In this document: one piece after another, positions 42,324 to 55,600 of the stretch | Position numbering within the stretch: position 1 is the first letter of the stretch | How the letters are laid out: each line of letters starts with the position of its first letter | The notes under the pieces: model-generated | What the model saw: only the letters and a program-made list of their open reading frames with translations | Told to the model about the DNA's origin: nothing | Databases searched by the model: none | Position numbers and translations under genes: made by a program | Assembly: GCF_001194135.2 (NCBI RefSeq) | Contig: NC_068991.1 | Coordinates: 79,443,422-79,507,421, forward strand | Origin: Octopus bimaculoides | Lineage: Eukaryota | DNA: 64,000 nucleotides | Direction of reading: 5' to 3'

Positions 42324-43449
42324 TTAGGGAAAATAACTAATTTTCAAGAACTCATCGATGAAAATCCACTAAAACTATATATTTTATATATACTTTATCT
42401 ATAAGGCTCAATTTAATTTTAATTTTTTATAAATTGATTTTAATTGAGTTTTTTACCTGTAATTTTGGATTTTGTCCCTAATATTATTATTATATATNNN
42501 NNNNNNNNNNNNNNNNNNNNNNNNNNNNNNNNNNNNNNNNNNNNNNNNNNNNNNNNNNNNNNNNNNNNNNNNNNNNNNNNNNNNNNNNNNNNNNNNNNNN
42601 NNNNNNNNNNNNNNNNNNNNNNNNNNNNNNNNNNNNNNNNNNNNNNNNNNNNNNNNNNNNNNNNNNNNNNNNNNNNNNNNNNNNNNNNNNNNNNNNNNNN
42701 NNNNNNNNNNNNNNNNNNNNNNNNNNNNNNNNNNNNNNNNNNNNNNNNNNNNNNNNNNNNNNNNNNNNNNNNNNNNNNNNNNNNNNNNNNNNNNNNNNNN
42801 NNNNNNNNNNNNNNNNNNNNNNNNNNNNNNNNNNNNNNNNNNNNNNNNNNNNNNNNNNNNNNNNNNNNNNNNNNNNNNNNNNNNNNNNNNNNNNNNNNNN
42901 NNNNNNNNNNNNNNNNNNNNNNNNNNNNNNNNNNNNNNNNNNNNNNNNNNNNNNNNNNNNNNNNNNNNNNNNNNNNNNNNNNNNNNNNNNNNNNNNNNNN
43001 NNNNNNNNNNNNNNNNNNNNNNNNNNNNNNNNNNNNNNNNNNNNNNNNNNNNNNNNNNNNNNNNNNNNNNNNNNNNNNNNNNNNNNNNNNNNNNNNNNNN
43101 NNNNNNNNNNNNNNNNNNNNNNNNNNNNNNNNNNNNNNNNNNNNNNNNNTATATATAAAGAGAGAGAGAGAGACACACACACACACATACAATAAGTGTG
43201 ATACCAAATTATATACGGCATATTGCACATATGTGTGTGTTTGATACATTTGTATGGATGCACACACATGTTAGCACACACCTTGCACATTATATATGCA
43301 TGTGTGTGTGTGTTTACTGCTTCGGTCACATGTTCATAGGAGATTAAGCAAGACTCAATTAAGTTGCGAAAACAAATTCTAAGTACTGGCGTTACATCTT
43401 AATGTATTTTGCAGGAAACAATATGTTCAGCGAAATACTGTTTTTTCTT

Positions 43450-44500
43450 TTACTTTCGAAGACATTTTCCACACACGTTTGTGGAAGGGTGGAAATTTAT
43501 ACGAGTGGAAATAGTGGAGTTTTAGCTAGTAAGTTTTGCGGGTGCTGATAGTATTTCTTCATTTACTCCCTCTTTATCACATGTGGGAACATGAATCGGA
43601 ATTATATTTAGCGTGGAATCTTCCTGAAATAGTTGTGCTTAGCACCCCCGATTGCAGGACTGGATTTTCATTCCCCACTTCTTTATTTACGATGAAATAT
43701 AAGTCATCTATTGGTCTTTCATGTCCTGACTTCCATAGCCTCACAAAACCTTCGTCCATCATCTGCACATGAACGTCTTTCCAACGCTGTGTTTCGCGGA
43801 TTATCTGATCTTAACATTAATGCATGACGTTTGATCTTAATATCCTCCATTTCTTTGTTGGGTCATAACTGCTTTTCTACAGATGTAGGCTACGTACGCG
43901 TACCTGAGATTCTTAACAAACTCTGGTCTAGATCATTGTTCCGATGACCTAGAATTGTCCAACGGACGTATGGAGTCCTTCGTTTTGCTTTGTATTAGCA
44001 TTAATATGAGACTAACTCTTTGCGATGCACTTCTCGATGGAGAAGCAACGTATTAATATTTTCAATATTACACTACTCTAGGATGCCATCAAGAAGGAAA
44101 CACAGAATTTGCTTGGAGACATTAACGCAGATTGCATTTCACTGAGCAGGAAAGCTGAACTTAGGAAACAGGAACTGAAAACCGCAGAAAATAAACGGTG
44201 GGACCTTTAGGGAAAGAAGAAAAAGCTAGAGAATCAGAGGAATATGAAGCTGAAAATGGATGACTTGCTTCATTATTCAATTCTCTGCAAGGTGATAAAA
44301 CACAGTCCGGAAAGAGACATTGATCACTTTAATTGATGAAATTGCTGCGTTGCAGATTAGATAAACATGCCTTTAGGGATCATTGAGAAGAACTACGGTA
44401 TATAAGTCGGAGGTGACAAAACTCAAGACCAAAGATAGGCTGAAGCTGACGGGCACAAAGTTGGGAGAAGAAATCTGTCAAACGCTTAACACGAATATTT
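43450..44500. mobile_element. RTE-like LINE APE endonuclease relic split into two opposite-orientation halves
   Basis: Minus strand 43980->43450: ETQRWKD..DEGFVRLWKSGHE..FIVNKEV..IHVPTCDKE. Plus strand 44075->44450: DAIKKETQNLLGDINA..IDHF..RLKL. Confidence 0.65.
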
Positions 44501-44775
44501 TTTAACCCCTAAAGTTGCTCGATTATAAGAGTTGAAAAACACACCACTCATTTTTACCAGAGAAATATTAAATATTTTGAAGCTGGTGAAGAGAGATAAA
44601 TCCTCACGTTATCTCAATGAAAATGTTAAAGAAGACAGAGAACTACAATCGTTTTCTGTAACAAAATCAATGTAAATGAAAGACATACCCTCGTTGCGGA
44701 AAGAGTCAAATTACTATCTTGTTTTATATGTGAAATAATATGGAATTTATTGCTTTTTGTCTTATTTCTAAAATC

Positions 44776-45000
44776 TTACTTTCCGAACTTTCCAAAACAT
44801 CGCCACCACCAGCAATCGAAAGACCAAATATTTTCACGCACATCATTTACATCTACTGTCCAAATATTTAGTGAAACATATTGCCCCGAGTACCTTTTTT
44901 CATAGTTTCTACATATTAATTCAGTGATACATATTTTCCTTTGGCTACGTAAGACATTGTGACACACGCCATGTTTATATTGGTAACACACAGACCTTGA
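44776..45000 (-). mobile_element. RTE-like RT C-terminal relic
   Basis: NVLRSQRKI...NIWTVDVNDVRENIWSFDCWWWRCF resembles ETWT....KRI.AFEMWCWRRML. Confidence 0.55.
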
Positions 45001-45059
45001 GACACATACATATCTGTGTGTGCGTATTATATACATATATATATATATATATATATAAT

Positions 45060-45117
<58 letters not shown>

Positions 45118-45123
45118 ACACAC

Positions 45124-45156
<33 letters not shown>

Positions 45157-45299
45157 GTCTTGTTAAGCAGTATCGAGTTATACAATTCTGTAAATAATAA
45201 TAATAGTATTTTTATAAGCGTAAAGCTTATAGCGATCACTGTGCAATGACTAAAGAAAATAGTCTAATAATGGGGCAAATAAGAAAAAAGTAGGATTTC

Positions 45300-45374
45300 T
45301 CGTACGCGTCGGAGACGAACCCCACATCGCTTTGTTTACGCGACAAAGTGTGTTACCGATTACACGAGCGAATT
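45300..45374 (-). pseudogene. tRNA-Thr(CGT)-like pseudogene or isolated SINE head
   Basis: D arm GTGT-AATCGGTA-ACAC; anticodon arm TTTGT-CGCGTAA-ACAAA; T arm GTGGG-TTCGTCT-CCGAC. Acceptor stem pairs only about 4 of 7; U33 is replaced by G. Confidence 0.5.
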
Positions 45375-45671
45375 TTAATACGATAGCATATATTTAAGCT
45401 ATCTTTTATTATTACGGTTATTTTGTACCGGCAGCAGCACAGGCTGCAGAGTTGAGAATTTGCTGATGGTGTCTCTAGTAGCCTCCATCTACATTTTTAG
45501 CCAGAAGAATACTTCGAATATTCAACGGAAGAAGTATTATAACCGATTAAGTAAGAAAGAATACATCACATCGCGCGGACACCGGTGCTTTCAGGAAATA
45601 ACTGTGCTTTCAGAAATAAGTAGCTGTAAGTGTCTGTTTACATCTAAGCAAAGCGAAGACGGGTATATATA

Positions 45672-45715
<44 letters not shown>

Positions 45716-45762
45716 NNNNNNNNNNNNNNNNNNNNNNNNNNNNNNNNNNNNNNNNNNNNNNN

Positions 45763-45824
<62 letters not shown>

Positions 45825-46794
45825 CGTGTGTGAATTGCAATTTGTCAGAAAGAGTGGAACATTAATTCTATTTGTTTCTATTTCTAAGGTTACTTCGCTT
45901 TCTTAGTATGCATTGGTCAGCATATATAATGGTTATTTTAGCATCGGTGATTAGATAAACGAAAATATACGATGCTTATATATTCGAACAATGAGACATA
46001 CAAATAGCGATGGTGCAGTAAATCACTTGAAATGTCAGCGTTATATCCTGTGGGATTTCAGTGTTTAGCAGATATAGTCAGAAAATACATTCATTTTCTT
46101 TTACATTTACCTATTTAACAGCGAGGAAATTTTCTATGTAAATTTTTTCTATGTAAATTTAAACGTTACACTGTTGTTGGAGAGAAACAATTCAATGGAA
46201 CATAGCATATAGTAATGATAAATAACGAAGGTGCTTTGAGTTAACCTTTCAGCTGGGGACATCTAAATTTCAGAATCTATATCTTGCGCAGATATTATTG
46301 CGTTTGTAAGGACGCTAAAATGAAACGTTTCCAAAAGAGTATTGCAAAGAAAATGCCGGATGAAGTTTGTTCAATATATAGACCTAAGAATATACATTTT
46401 GAAAGTGATGTCATCATATGCGTTCGAATTCTTGAGAGATTATCTTTGAGTTAATTTTTCTGGCCTTCGTTAAATAAGTTTTGCCTTTTATAGTTACGTT
46501 TCACCTTTCTAAAGTGAATAAAGTGAGAATGACTATGGCCGATAAAATATATTCGAAACCTTCATCCTCATCGCAAAATTTTCGCTTTACGTTCTGCGAT
46601 AATATACGTACATACATATATAAATATATGTTTTTACTTCAAATTTTTATAAACTTTTACTGATATTTGATAAGAAGTGATACATCGAAACCGCTAATAT
46701 TTTCTTTATATAATTGTTTATTAAATTACCTCTTAAATTGAAATATCTTAGACTGAATTCTGTGTCATTTCCACCTCTATCTTTCATTTGTATA

Positions 46795-47100
46795 AACAGA
46801 ATGAGATAAAAATCCAAGGCTGTGAAAGACTTCAGAACATTTATAAAGGGAAGGTCATGCAGCTGTTTCCGGGATATTTTATATATATCCCTTCATCGGA
46901 GACGGTGTGAGAAAATGGGTTTTTTTTAAATCTCATTCTGTTAATTTTTATATATACGCATGCTGATATATGACCTACGTTGGACTCCTCATTCGCATAA
47001 TCACTGAACCTGGAGCTTAACTATAATCTGTCCATAGCACTTACTCGGCATTACCTGACACATTTGGGTCTTCTTGACACCATTATCTCTCATAACCTCA
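46795..47100. mobile_element. Penelope-like terminal repeat with inverted hammerhead-bearing segment
   Basis: 46797-46919 is the reverse complement of about 31343-31465; 46930 onward is a direct homologue of 31458-31558. Confidence 0.75.
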
Positions 47101-47115
47101 ATTTCTCGCTTATAT

Positions 47116-47165
<50 letters not shown>

Positions 47166-47188
47166 GGCAGATTTCCGCCCCGACATCT

Positions 47189-47307
47189 CGTCGGTTATTA
47201 AGACAATCAAAAAATGCTATGAGAAATGACCGTTAAATAAAGGGAAATTACTATGTAAATGATCGTTATTAAGACAAACAAAAGAGCTATTACAGTGACC
47301 GTTAAAT
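47189..47307 (+). repeat. Imperfect duplicated unit (ttattaagacaa...tgaccgttaaata x2)
   Basis: Directly visible; origin unknown. Confidence 0.6.
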
Positions 47308-47629
47308 ATGTTCATATACAAATCTATATACGCACATGCGCAAGAAAAATGCAGGGTGAGAGGTAATATACAGAAAAAATATAAAAAATATATAAAGCAA
47401 TAAAAATATAGAAAAATATATATATAAATATGTAAGACATATTTTTATATATAAATAGAGAGAGATAAAATGCTTGCACGTGGATACAATATAAAAAGCA
47501 GGTTCTATCTTTGATCTTGGGTGGGGGGCCAAAAACGTAACAAATATTTAGCCATATGTGGACATGATCTAAAAAGGTCAGTCCTTTAATTTAGACATGT
47601 AGCAGGGGTGGGGGTCTAAGCTCCTTTTC

Positions 47630-47900
47630 CAAATGAGCCATATCACAAAGACCGCACTTTCCACTGCCGTTGGTGTTGGGCTTACACTTAGCTAAGATCT
47701 TCCAATGGATGTTGCAATTGACATCTTTTTCTTTTAAGGACCATATATGACTGGATCATTTGGCTGTTTTTCTTTCATCCCAGTGTCTGAAGCTCAAAGT
47801 GTGATTGTTGAACCTGACTTTAAAATACCCCTCTGTGAGACCCACATATTTCTTTGACGAAACTATGTCTTTAGTGGTTGTAGAATCTAGGGGACGTCAA
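47630..47900 (-). mobile_element. Penelope-like element GIY-YIG endonuclease C-terminal fragment
   Basis: KKYVGLTEGYFKVRFNNHTLSFRH...AK*SSHIWSLKEK...WKILAKCKPNTNGSGKCGLC matches YIGLTE..FK.R.NNH..SFRH...LS.YIW.LK...C.LC. Confidence 0.88.
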
Positions 47901-48102
47901 GTAGAAAATAGTTGTTAGAAAGGATAAATTTTAATGTTTCAATTACAGAAAAAGCCTGGCTTACGCGTTCCGGGTGTTCTTCGGGGTACTTTTCCAGACA
48001 GAATTTTTACTACTTCGATTCTATAGTCACGTGGGATAGTGGGATATACTTATCTATAAATATGCTTATGTATAAGTGTATGCGTAAATGTACTTATATA
48101 TG

Positions 48103-48157
<55 letters not shown>

Positions 48158-48182
48158 ATCTGTCTGTCTGTCTCTCTCTCTG

Positions 48183-48267
<85 letters not shown>

Positions 48268-48858
48268 NNNNNNNNNNNNNNNNNNNNNNNNNNNNNNNNN
48301 NNNNNNNNNNNNNNNNNNNNNNNNNNNNNNNNNNNNNNNNNNNNNNNNNNNNNNNNNNNNNNNNNNNNNNNNNNNNNNNNNNNNNNNNNNNNNNNNNNNN
48401 NNNNNNNNNNNNNNNNNNNNNNNNNNNNNNNNNNNNNNNNNNNNNNNNNNNNNNNNNNNNNNNNNNNNNNNNNNNNNNNNNNNNNNNNNNNNNNNNNNNN
48501 NNNNNNNNNNNNNNNNNNNNNNNNNNNNNNNNNNNNNNNNNNNNNNNNNNNNNNNNNNNNNNNNNNNNNNNNNNNNNNNNNNNNNNNNNNNNNNNNNNNN
48601 NNNNNNNNNNNNNNNNNNNNNNNNNNNNNNNNNNNNNNNNNNNNNNNNNNNNNNNNNNNNNNNNNNNNNNNNNNNNNNNNNNNNNNNNNNNNNNNNNNNN
48701 NNNNNNNNNNNNNNNNNNNNNNNNNNNNNNNNNNNNNNNNNNNNNNNNNNNNNNNNNNNNNNNNNNNNNNNNNNNNNNNNNNNNNNNNNNNNNNNNNNNN
48801 NNNNNNNNNNNNNNNNNNNNNNACATACATACATACATACATACACACACACGCACAC

Positions 48859-48895
<37 letters not shown>

Positions 48896-48920
48896 TACAT
48901 ACATACACACACACACACAT

Positions 48921-48971
<51 letters not shown>

Positions 48972-49436
48972 TACATACATACATACACACACACACACGT
49001 GTATGTCTCGTGTGTGTTTCGTGCTCGTGAAGTTTGTGATGATATATTTATTAATTAAATATAAAAAAAAACTCTCGTAAAGATATCCTAAAAAGCAAAT
49101 GTATTTTACTAAAAGTTTGTGCACGCGTTGTCGATAAGTGTTGGGTTCATAAGTTTATTCTTTGAATCAGTATTGAAGACTAATTCAATGCGGAAACGAA
49201 ATATGCCTCTACTAAATGTTTATTATTCACTTCGTGCATCACTTAGACACTGGCGGCCTTTAACGAGGTTATAGTAATGTGAGGATGAGGATTGGTTTCC
49301 CTTCCAATGATGCACTAAATATAGTAGTTTATGAGATTTAAAACTTGCTAAGCTACTGTTTGTGTCATATGATTGTAAGAGCTGTTTGGCATCCATTCTT
49401 GGGTTTCGCGGTCTTAGAGGGCTTTCTGTTGCATAC

Positions 49437-49496
49437 CTTGCATAGTAAGTATCTCCAGTTCTTAAACAAATTCAGCAGTATTAATTTTAGGAAGCC
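49437..49496 (-). CDS. Candidate 60-nt internal exon
   Basis: catgtttccAG|ggc...caag|GTATGC. Frame 0 is open: GFLKLILLNLFKNWRYLLCK. Confidence 0.3.
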
Positions 49497-50231
49497 CTGG
49501 AAACATGTACGATAATAAAATATGACCTTTGTTACTCATCATTTCTAAACTCATCACAGGTTCTTCGTTTCCTCCAACTAAGATTTTTCTTCTTAGTCGT
49601 TGATTTTCTCGTGAGAGAAGAGCCAAAGCAAGCCATATTCATGATGAGTTTTTAAACCCGGCAGATCAAATAGTTTGGATGAATTGCTTGTCCTTCGAAT
49701 GTTTAAATATTTAATAAAGTCGGAACATTCTTGTTACAGGCTTTTCATTCTATCTGAAATCTATGTACAAAATAAACTACATATTCAAGATGAAATCCAA
49801 CTTCACTTGCGTCACCCAAAACCTCATTTACGTAATCAGATACTCGGGCTGCCATAGAAATTATATTGTTTCAAGCCAGAATAAAGCAGAGAACAGAAAA
49901 AACAAAGAAAAAAAAAATTAAAATTACAGATTTACCTCCCCTTTACTGCAAAATAAATGAGTGAACAATTATCTCAACTAGCAATATTTTTCTCGCTAGC
50001 AATTTATCTCTTTGAACTCTCAGTCTTATAAGCAATGCAAAATCGGTCCTTACTTCAATTATGCTGAAAGAACAAAACCTTATTTTGTTTATACAATTGT
50101 ATAATATCTTTATCATAATGGATCTAATATACTCTTAAATCCTGTAAAACAACTCCTCTGTGTTTTTTCATCTTATCTCTTTCTCTGTTAATATCCAACA
50201 CGTGTGCTTCCCCAATAAAATATTTTCTAGC

Positions 50232-50532
50232 AGTAAGAGCGAGGCTTCACAATCATGAGGTAGTGAATTCGATTCTCAGACCGAGCTGTGTATTGTCTAC
50301 TTGGATAAGACACTTTATTTCACATTGACATAGTACACACAGCTGTATAAATGAGTTGAGACGTCACCGGTGCCAAGGTGTATCGGCCTTTTCCTTTAAG
50401 TTGGATAACGTCTGTGGCGTGGAGACGAGACGCCGTTATGCATAGCTGACTGCCTGTCCTCCATAAGCAACCTTGCCCGGACATTCTAGGTACAATCCCA
50501 TGATCATTCATGACAGAAGTGGGTCTTTACCA
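50232..50532 (+). mobile_element. tRNA-derived SINE, family D
   Basis: B-box-like gtgaattcgattctc, cttggataagacactttatttcac core, and tail caatcccatgatcattcatgacagaagtgggtctttacc running into (TA)n. Confidence 0.7.
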
Positions 50533-51093
50533 TATATATATATATATATATANNNNNNNNNNNNNNNNNNNNNNNNNNNNNNNNNNNNNNNNNNNNNNNN
50601 NNNNNNNNNNNNNNNNNNNNNNNNNNNNNNNNNNNNNNNNNNNNNNNNNNNNNNNNNNNNNNNNNNNNNNNNNNNNNNNNNNNNNNNNNNNNNNNNNNNN
50701 NNNNNNNNNNNNNNNNNNNNNNNNNNNNNNNNNNNNNNNNNNNNNNNNNNNNNNNNNNNNNNNNNNNNNNNNNNNNNNNNNNNNNNNNNNNNNNNNNNNN
50801 NNNNNNNNNNNNNNNNNNNNNNNNNNNNNNNNNNNNNNNNNNNNNNNNNNNNNNNNNNNNNNNNNNNNNNNNNNNNNNNNNNNNNNNNNNNNNNNNNNNN
50901 NNNNNNNNNNNNNNNNNNNNNNNNNNNNNNNNNNNNNNNNNNNNNNNNNNNNNNNNNNNNNNNNNNNNNNNNNNNNNNNNNNNNNNNNNNNNNNNNNNNN
51001 NNNNNNNNNNNNNNNNNNNNNNNNNNNNNNNNNNNNNNNNNNNNNNNNNNNNNNNNNNNNNNNNNNNNNNNNNNNNNNNNNNNNNNNNCTGTA

Positions 51094-51145
<52 letters not shown>

Positions 51146-51148
51146 ATG

Positions 51149-51340
51149 TTTGTGTGTCCCCCCAACATCGCTTGACAACCGATGCTAGTGTGTTTACGTC
51201 CCCGTAACTAGCGGTTCGGCAAAAGAAACCGATAGAATAAGTACCGAGCTTACAAAGAATAAGTCCTGGGGTCGATTTGTTCGACTAAAGGCGGTGCTCT
51301 AGCTTGGCTGCTGTCAAATGAGTGAAACAAGTAAAAGAGT
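51149..51340 (+). mobile_element. SINE family B 3' module
   Basis: Reverse-complement match to 41591-41780. The head may lie in the upstream gap. Confidence 0.9.
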
Positions 51341-52369
51341 GTCCCGTTACTTTCCATACGTTTAAATAACCCTCTGAATGTTATACAGTCAACAGATATA
51401 TAGAGTCAACTGTACATCCATACAGTTGACTATTAATATTTATCTACTGAACATTCAAACCGGCAACGATTTAGTAATTTTTCCAATCAATATTTACTGT
51501 TCCGTGTAATTAGTCTCTTCTTAAATATTGTCTATGATTGACTCAATGTGACGCCATCAGTCTCCTGAAATCAAGCAAAACTAATTGTCACCTGCCATTC
51601 TGCTACGGACTCCCCACTCACATTCATGTTGATCAAGTTGTTTCACTTCATATCAAAATTTTCTTTTGTATTTATCAGTCTGCTACGCCTCGCGCGATTG
51701 TTTGAATGATATAACATTTGTACCGGTTCACTGGATAATTATATAGTTTGTCTTGAGGCAAATTTTCACTGCAAATGTGTCAGTCTTTGACATCTCTCTT
51801 ATTATCGTCGCTGTGATGTGTTAATGAGATGTTTTTAGATGACACTGTGATGTCAATTATATCTCTGTAAATTCAATTTAGCAATTGATGTCAGGTATAT
51901 TAATCAACTTTCAAAGTGGTCGTTACATAGTATTGTAATACAAATGCACAGAAAATTACTACAAATATTCTTAAAGACAAAGAAATTTATACCAATTCTG
52001 GAATATTACGCATTATATAGGAGCTAACCTGGCTAGTACATTTCTGTCACCATAGGTAATATCAGGAAATAATGCATACATAGAATAATTGTAAATTAAC
52101 TTTTTATCAAATTTTGTGATGTTTACGCAAAATGATGAATGCTAATTTTCAAACGAAAATTATTTATTACTTTCAAATGAATTTAAATAAAACAAGTTTC
52201 TCATTAGTATAACACTTCCGGTAACCATTTGTCAATCACTCCACTTCCTTCTCGTCCTCATCTTCTCTATGATTCTTTTCTTGTATTATATCGTGTCTCA
52301 TCCTTAACTTAACTCCCTCTCAATTTAACTTTACTCGATGGCTCTCTTTCTCTGTTCAGCCTCTTATAC

Positions 52370-52707
52370 CATAGGTTCTCAAAGTGGGCGCTGCAGCCTC
52401 CCGTGGGTGTTGAAACCGTCCAGGTGGGCGCCGGTGCCTAAGGTGGTGGTGGCAGGATCGGTAGAGAAAAAGGAGGCGTTGGGAAGAAGAGAGTGAATTG
52501 TGACACGTTGTGAATTTATTATATTAATATAATATTGTATACAAATTATATAATTTTATATCAAACCATTTGATAAAATGATTCATAGCATATATAAATT
52601 AGGAAAATATAGAATATTTATTTATACATAAAAATAGGGGTGGGGCGCTGAGGGTATTATATGGCCATGAGTGGGGGGTGATGGCCCAATTAGTTTGAGA
52701 ACCTCTG
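52370..52707. mobile_element. hAT-type MITE (338 bp)
   Basis: TIRs cataggttctcaaa / tttgagaacctctg; 8-bp flanks tcttatac and ccttatac (7 of 8 match, TSD). Confidence 0.85.
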
Positions 52708-54039
52708 CCTTATACGATATAGAGCATGGCTGGAGAAATAAGCCAAGTGCGCAACATTTATTTTGACTTTTATGGTGGTTGCAGAGATGTATATGTATAC
52801 CAATGATTTTGTGCATTGTAACATTACACGTAGTTGTTACTACGTATGTCTGTGACATATTATATGTTGTTATACGATATGTAATTTGAGGTTTCGCAGT
52901 CTGGCTGGAGAAATATACAGAGAAAATTTAATTAAAATCGTATTATTACATCATCTGAAGCCATATTTATGCCGATGTTCCAAACCTATTTACATGTTTT
53001 TCTTTATACAACTCTCTAAAACATATCTGCAGTTATTAGCAATTACGATGACAGCATCTAAAAGTAGACAGTGACTTCAACATAAAATGAATGTATGTGT
53101 GCTTATTTGCTGCGTAAATTAAGTACTGTTATACTACAGTTGCTTTTACATACCTCACTTCTGAAGGATGTGTTAGTGGCATCCATAGAAACATACACAC
53201 ATACACACTGACTGATGCATACATAGACGTATATGTTTACATGCTCACACACAGACACGCATATAGAATTGTATTTATTAAGTTTTCGTTGAAAAAACCG
53301 CGTGTACAAAATTGTCTTGTTAAAAATGTGCAAAATTCAATATAAGTGCATCATAATAAAACTGGACTATGTCCATAACTTAAGGGTTCTTGCGATTAAA
53401 CTTAGTCAGCCGTACTCTTAAATGGTGACTCTTAAATGGTATTTTCATATCATCAATAAATACAATCGTCTGACTTCAACCACAGAAAAGCTTTATTTAT
53501 AAAGTAGATAATCTTGCTGACTTACACAATGTTATGTATGGAAGTTTGTGAAATTATTTACATATAAATATGTTTACATGTGTATAAGCGCTCAATTATA
53601 CAATACTTAAATAATAAACTTCACATTAAAATTCTTTTACAAGTCACTTCATGAGATGTGTTATAATAATATACAAGGATGTTTATGTATTTATGTATAT
53701 GTACATAATGTGTATATATTTATACATACATGGATGTGTATGTATTTATGCATGTATATACATGTTTGCTTTTTGAAAACTTAATTGACCTCAATGTGTG
53801 TTTAACTATCAATTCTTTGTCGCTTGCGTCTCTGTTCGCAAATGAAAATGTTTCTAGTCGCTGCAGATCTAATATTGTCGAAACTGCTTAAACAGTAGAA
53901 TATAAGGATTTGATATTGACTCCATGCTGCTGCAAACACAATGAATTTCAGAATATTAAGTAATGCATTTTTATATAGTGGTTAATGTTTGTCAAAGATG
54001 TGTCGAAGCACATAAATTTGGTAAACCAATTCTTCGTTC

Positions 54040-54900
54040 AGACATTACAAGTTTGCATGTGCTCGTGCAGGTGCATTTCTGAAAGAATTCGGCGCTCGAT
54101 CCCATATCCAGATACATGTCTTGCTATGCGATCATCGGACATATCTTTGTAATACTTGTTCTTCCATGGGTATTACGTTTCAGCAAACAGTCAATGGATT
54201 ATTGAAGTTCTCTCCTTAGAAGCTGCAACCTTTTATGCGGACGTCAATGGATCCACAATTGAGCTATAGTTCCAGTCGACATAGTCTCAACCGGTAGCCA
54301 GCTCAGTCAGGAGACCTCTGACCTTTCTTGACGAGACTTGCATAACATCAAGCGCTACCTATAATTACTTTGACATAATGTTCTTAGCACTTGTTTGCAG
54401 AATGATCCCGATAAAAGAGAAATGGGAAAGGGGCAAGATCCAGACAACCGACGTTCTGGAGCAAAGGTACTTCATACAGCGAAAAGTGGAAGAAGCCTTA
54501 TATTTTAGACAACAGTTTTTGAAGAAAGGAAGATAGATTACTCAGACAAGAGTGTTTGGAAAGAAGATCCACAGGACCATTCATCTCCGAGCAGGGAGCC
54601 TATTATAGTATTTGTTTTGGCACAAATTATCCACCGCACTCTTAATCTTGGTTATGGTCCAAGATGGAGAATAAGGACAGAACGTTTGCTACTTTTTATT
54701 CTATGTTCTTTTACTGTGACTAATCATGCTCGTATTTTTTCTGGGGTCATTCGACGTTAAAATCAACTTTCGAATTGAACCAATATTTTATTGTCTGATC
54801 TTGCAAATGAACTTCGACGTCTTTTCTGGTGCTGCTGATGAAGGAGCTCCGGCCTCTCTTCGTACTTGACCGAACTCTCAGAAACGTCATTTGCAATGTA
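54040..54900 (+). mobile_element. Degenerate Penelope-like element 3' end (GIY-YIG remnant plus pLTR)
   Basis: ISERIRRS, WERGKIQ and EQRYFIQRKVEEALY (cf. E..YFKRKIKEALYI), followed by ctgatgaag...gaaacgtc at 54835-54888. Confidence 0.6.
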
Positions 54901-55329
54901 AACAAAATGTGCAACCCTTAAATAAATTCTTTTTCTAAAATAAATTCCTTTTCTTTCACCTTCTGTGAATCACTCGTTTTGAAGTGTGCGTCTTCAGTCC
55001 TCTTAGTTTTCGAAACCTTTCCTCAGTTTAGTGAGGCAATATTGCTTCACTCAAGCTGCAAAGTGATCATCTAATAGGACATTCCAGCTTCAATTTGTGG
55101 TGTCTCTCACAACGAATTTTGTTTCGATTAGAAGATGATGAGAGAGCTACCAGATGAAAAAAAAAAACATGAATTTACCAAACAGCACCCACAATACATT
55201 TGTATGGCTATTTCTCCATAATCTTCATAACTAAAATCAGAATTTGCTAATCATGTATCAGACGTTACAATACCGTACTATTTTTTATTTGTTACTTGGT
55301 GACTTTGAAGGTGGGGCAAATGTCCATAC

Positions 55330-55394
55330 CTGTAGCATTCGCATGTACTCCGAGATCTGCGCTGGATACTCCCAATGCCCATAATGTCCGAAAG
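55330..55394 (-). CDS. Candidate 65-nt internal exon
   Basis: (CT)n-ttgcAG acceptor and cag|GTATGG donor; GC-rich relative to flanks. All three frames are open; one reads (A)FGHYGHWEYPAQISEYMRMLQ. Confidence 0.45.
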
Positions 55395-55397
55395 CTG

Positions 55398-55446
<49 letters not shown>

Positions 55447-55547
55447 AGAAAGAGAGAGAGGGGGAGAAAGNNNNNNNNNNNNNNNNNNNNNNNNNNNNNN
55501 NNNNNNNNNNNNNNNNNNNNNNNNNNNNNNNNNNNNNNNNNNNNNNN

Positions 55548-55600
<53 letters not shown>

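Noticed and set aside
51404-51431. 11-bp hairpin agtcaactgta/tacagttgact
   Set aside because: Too short; at most a collapsed Tc1-type TIR remnant.
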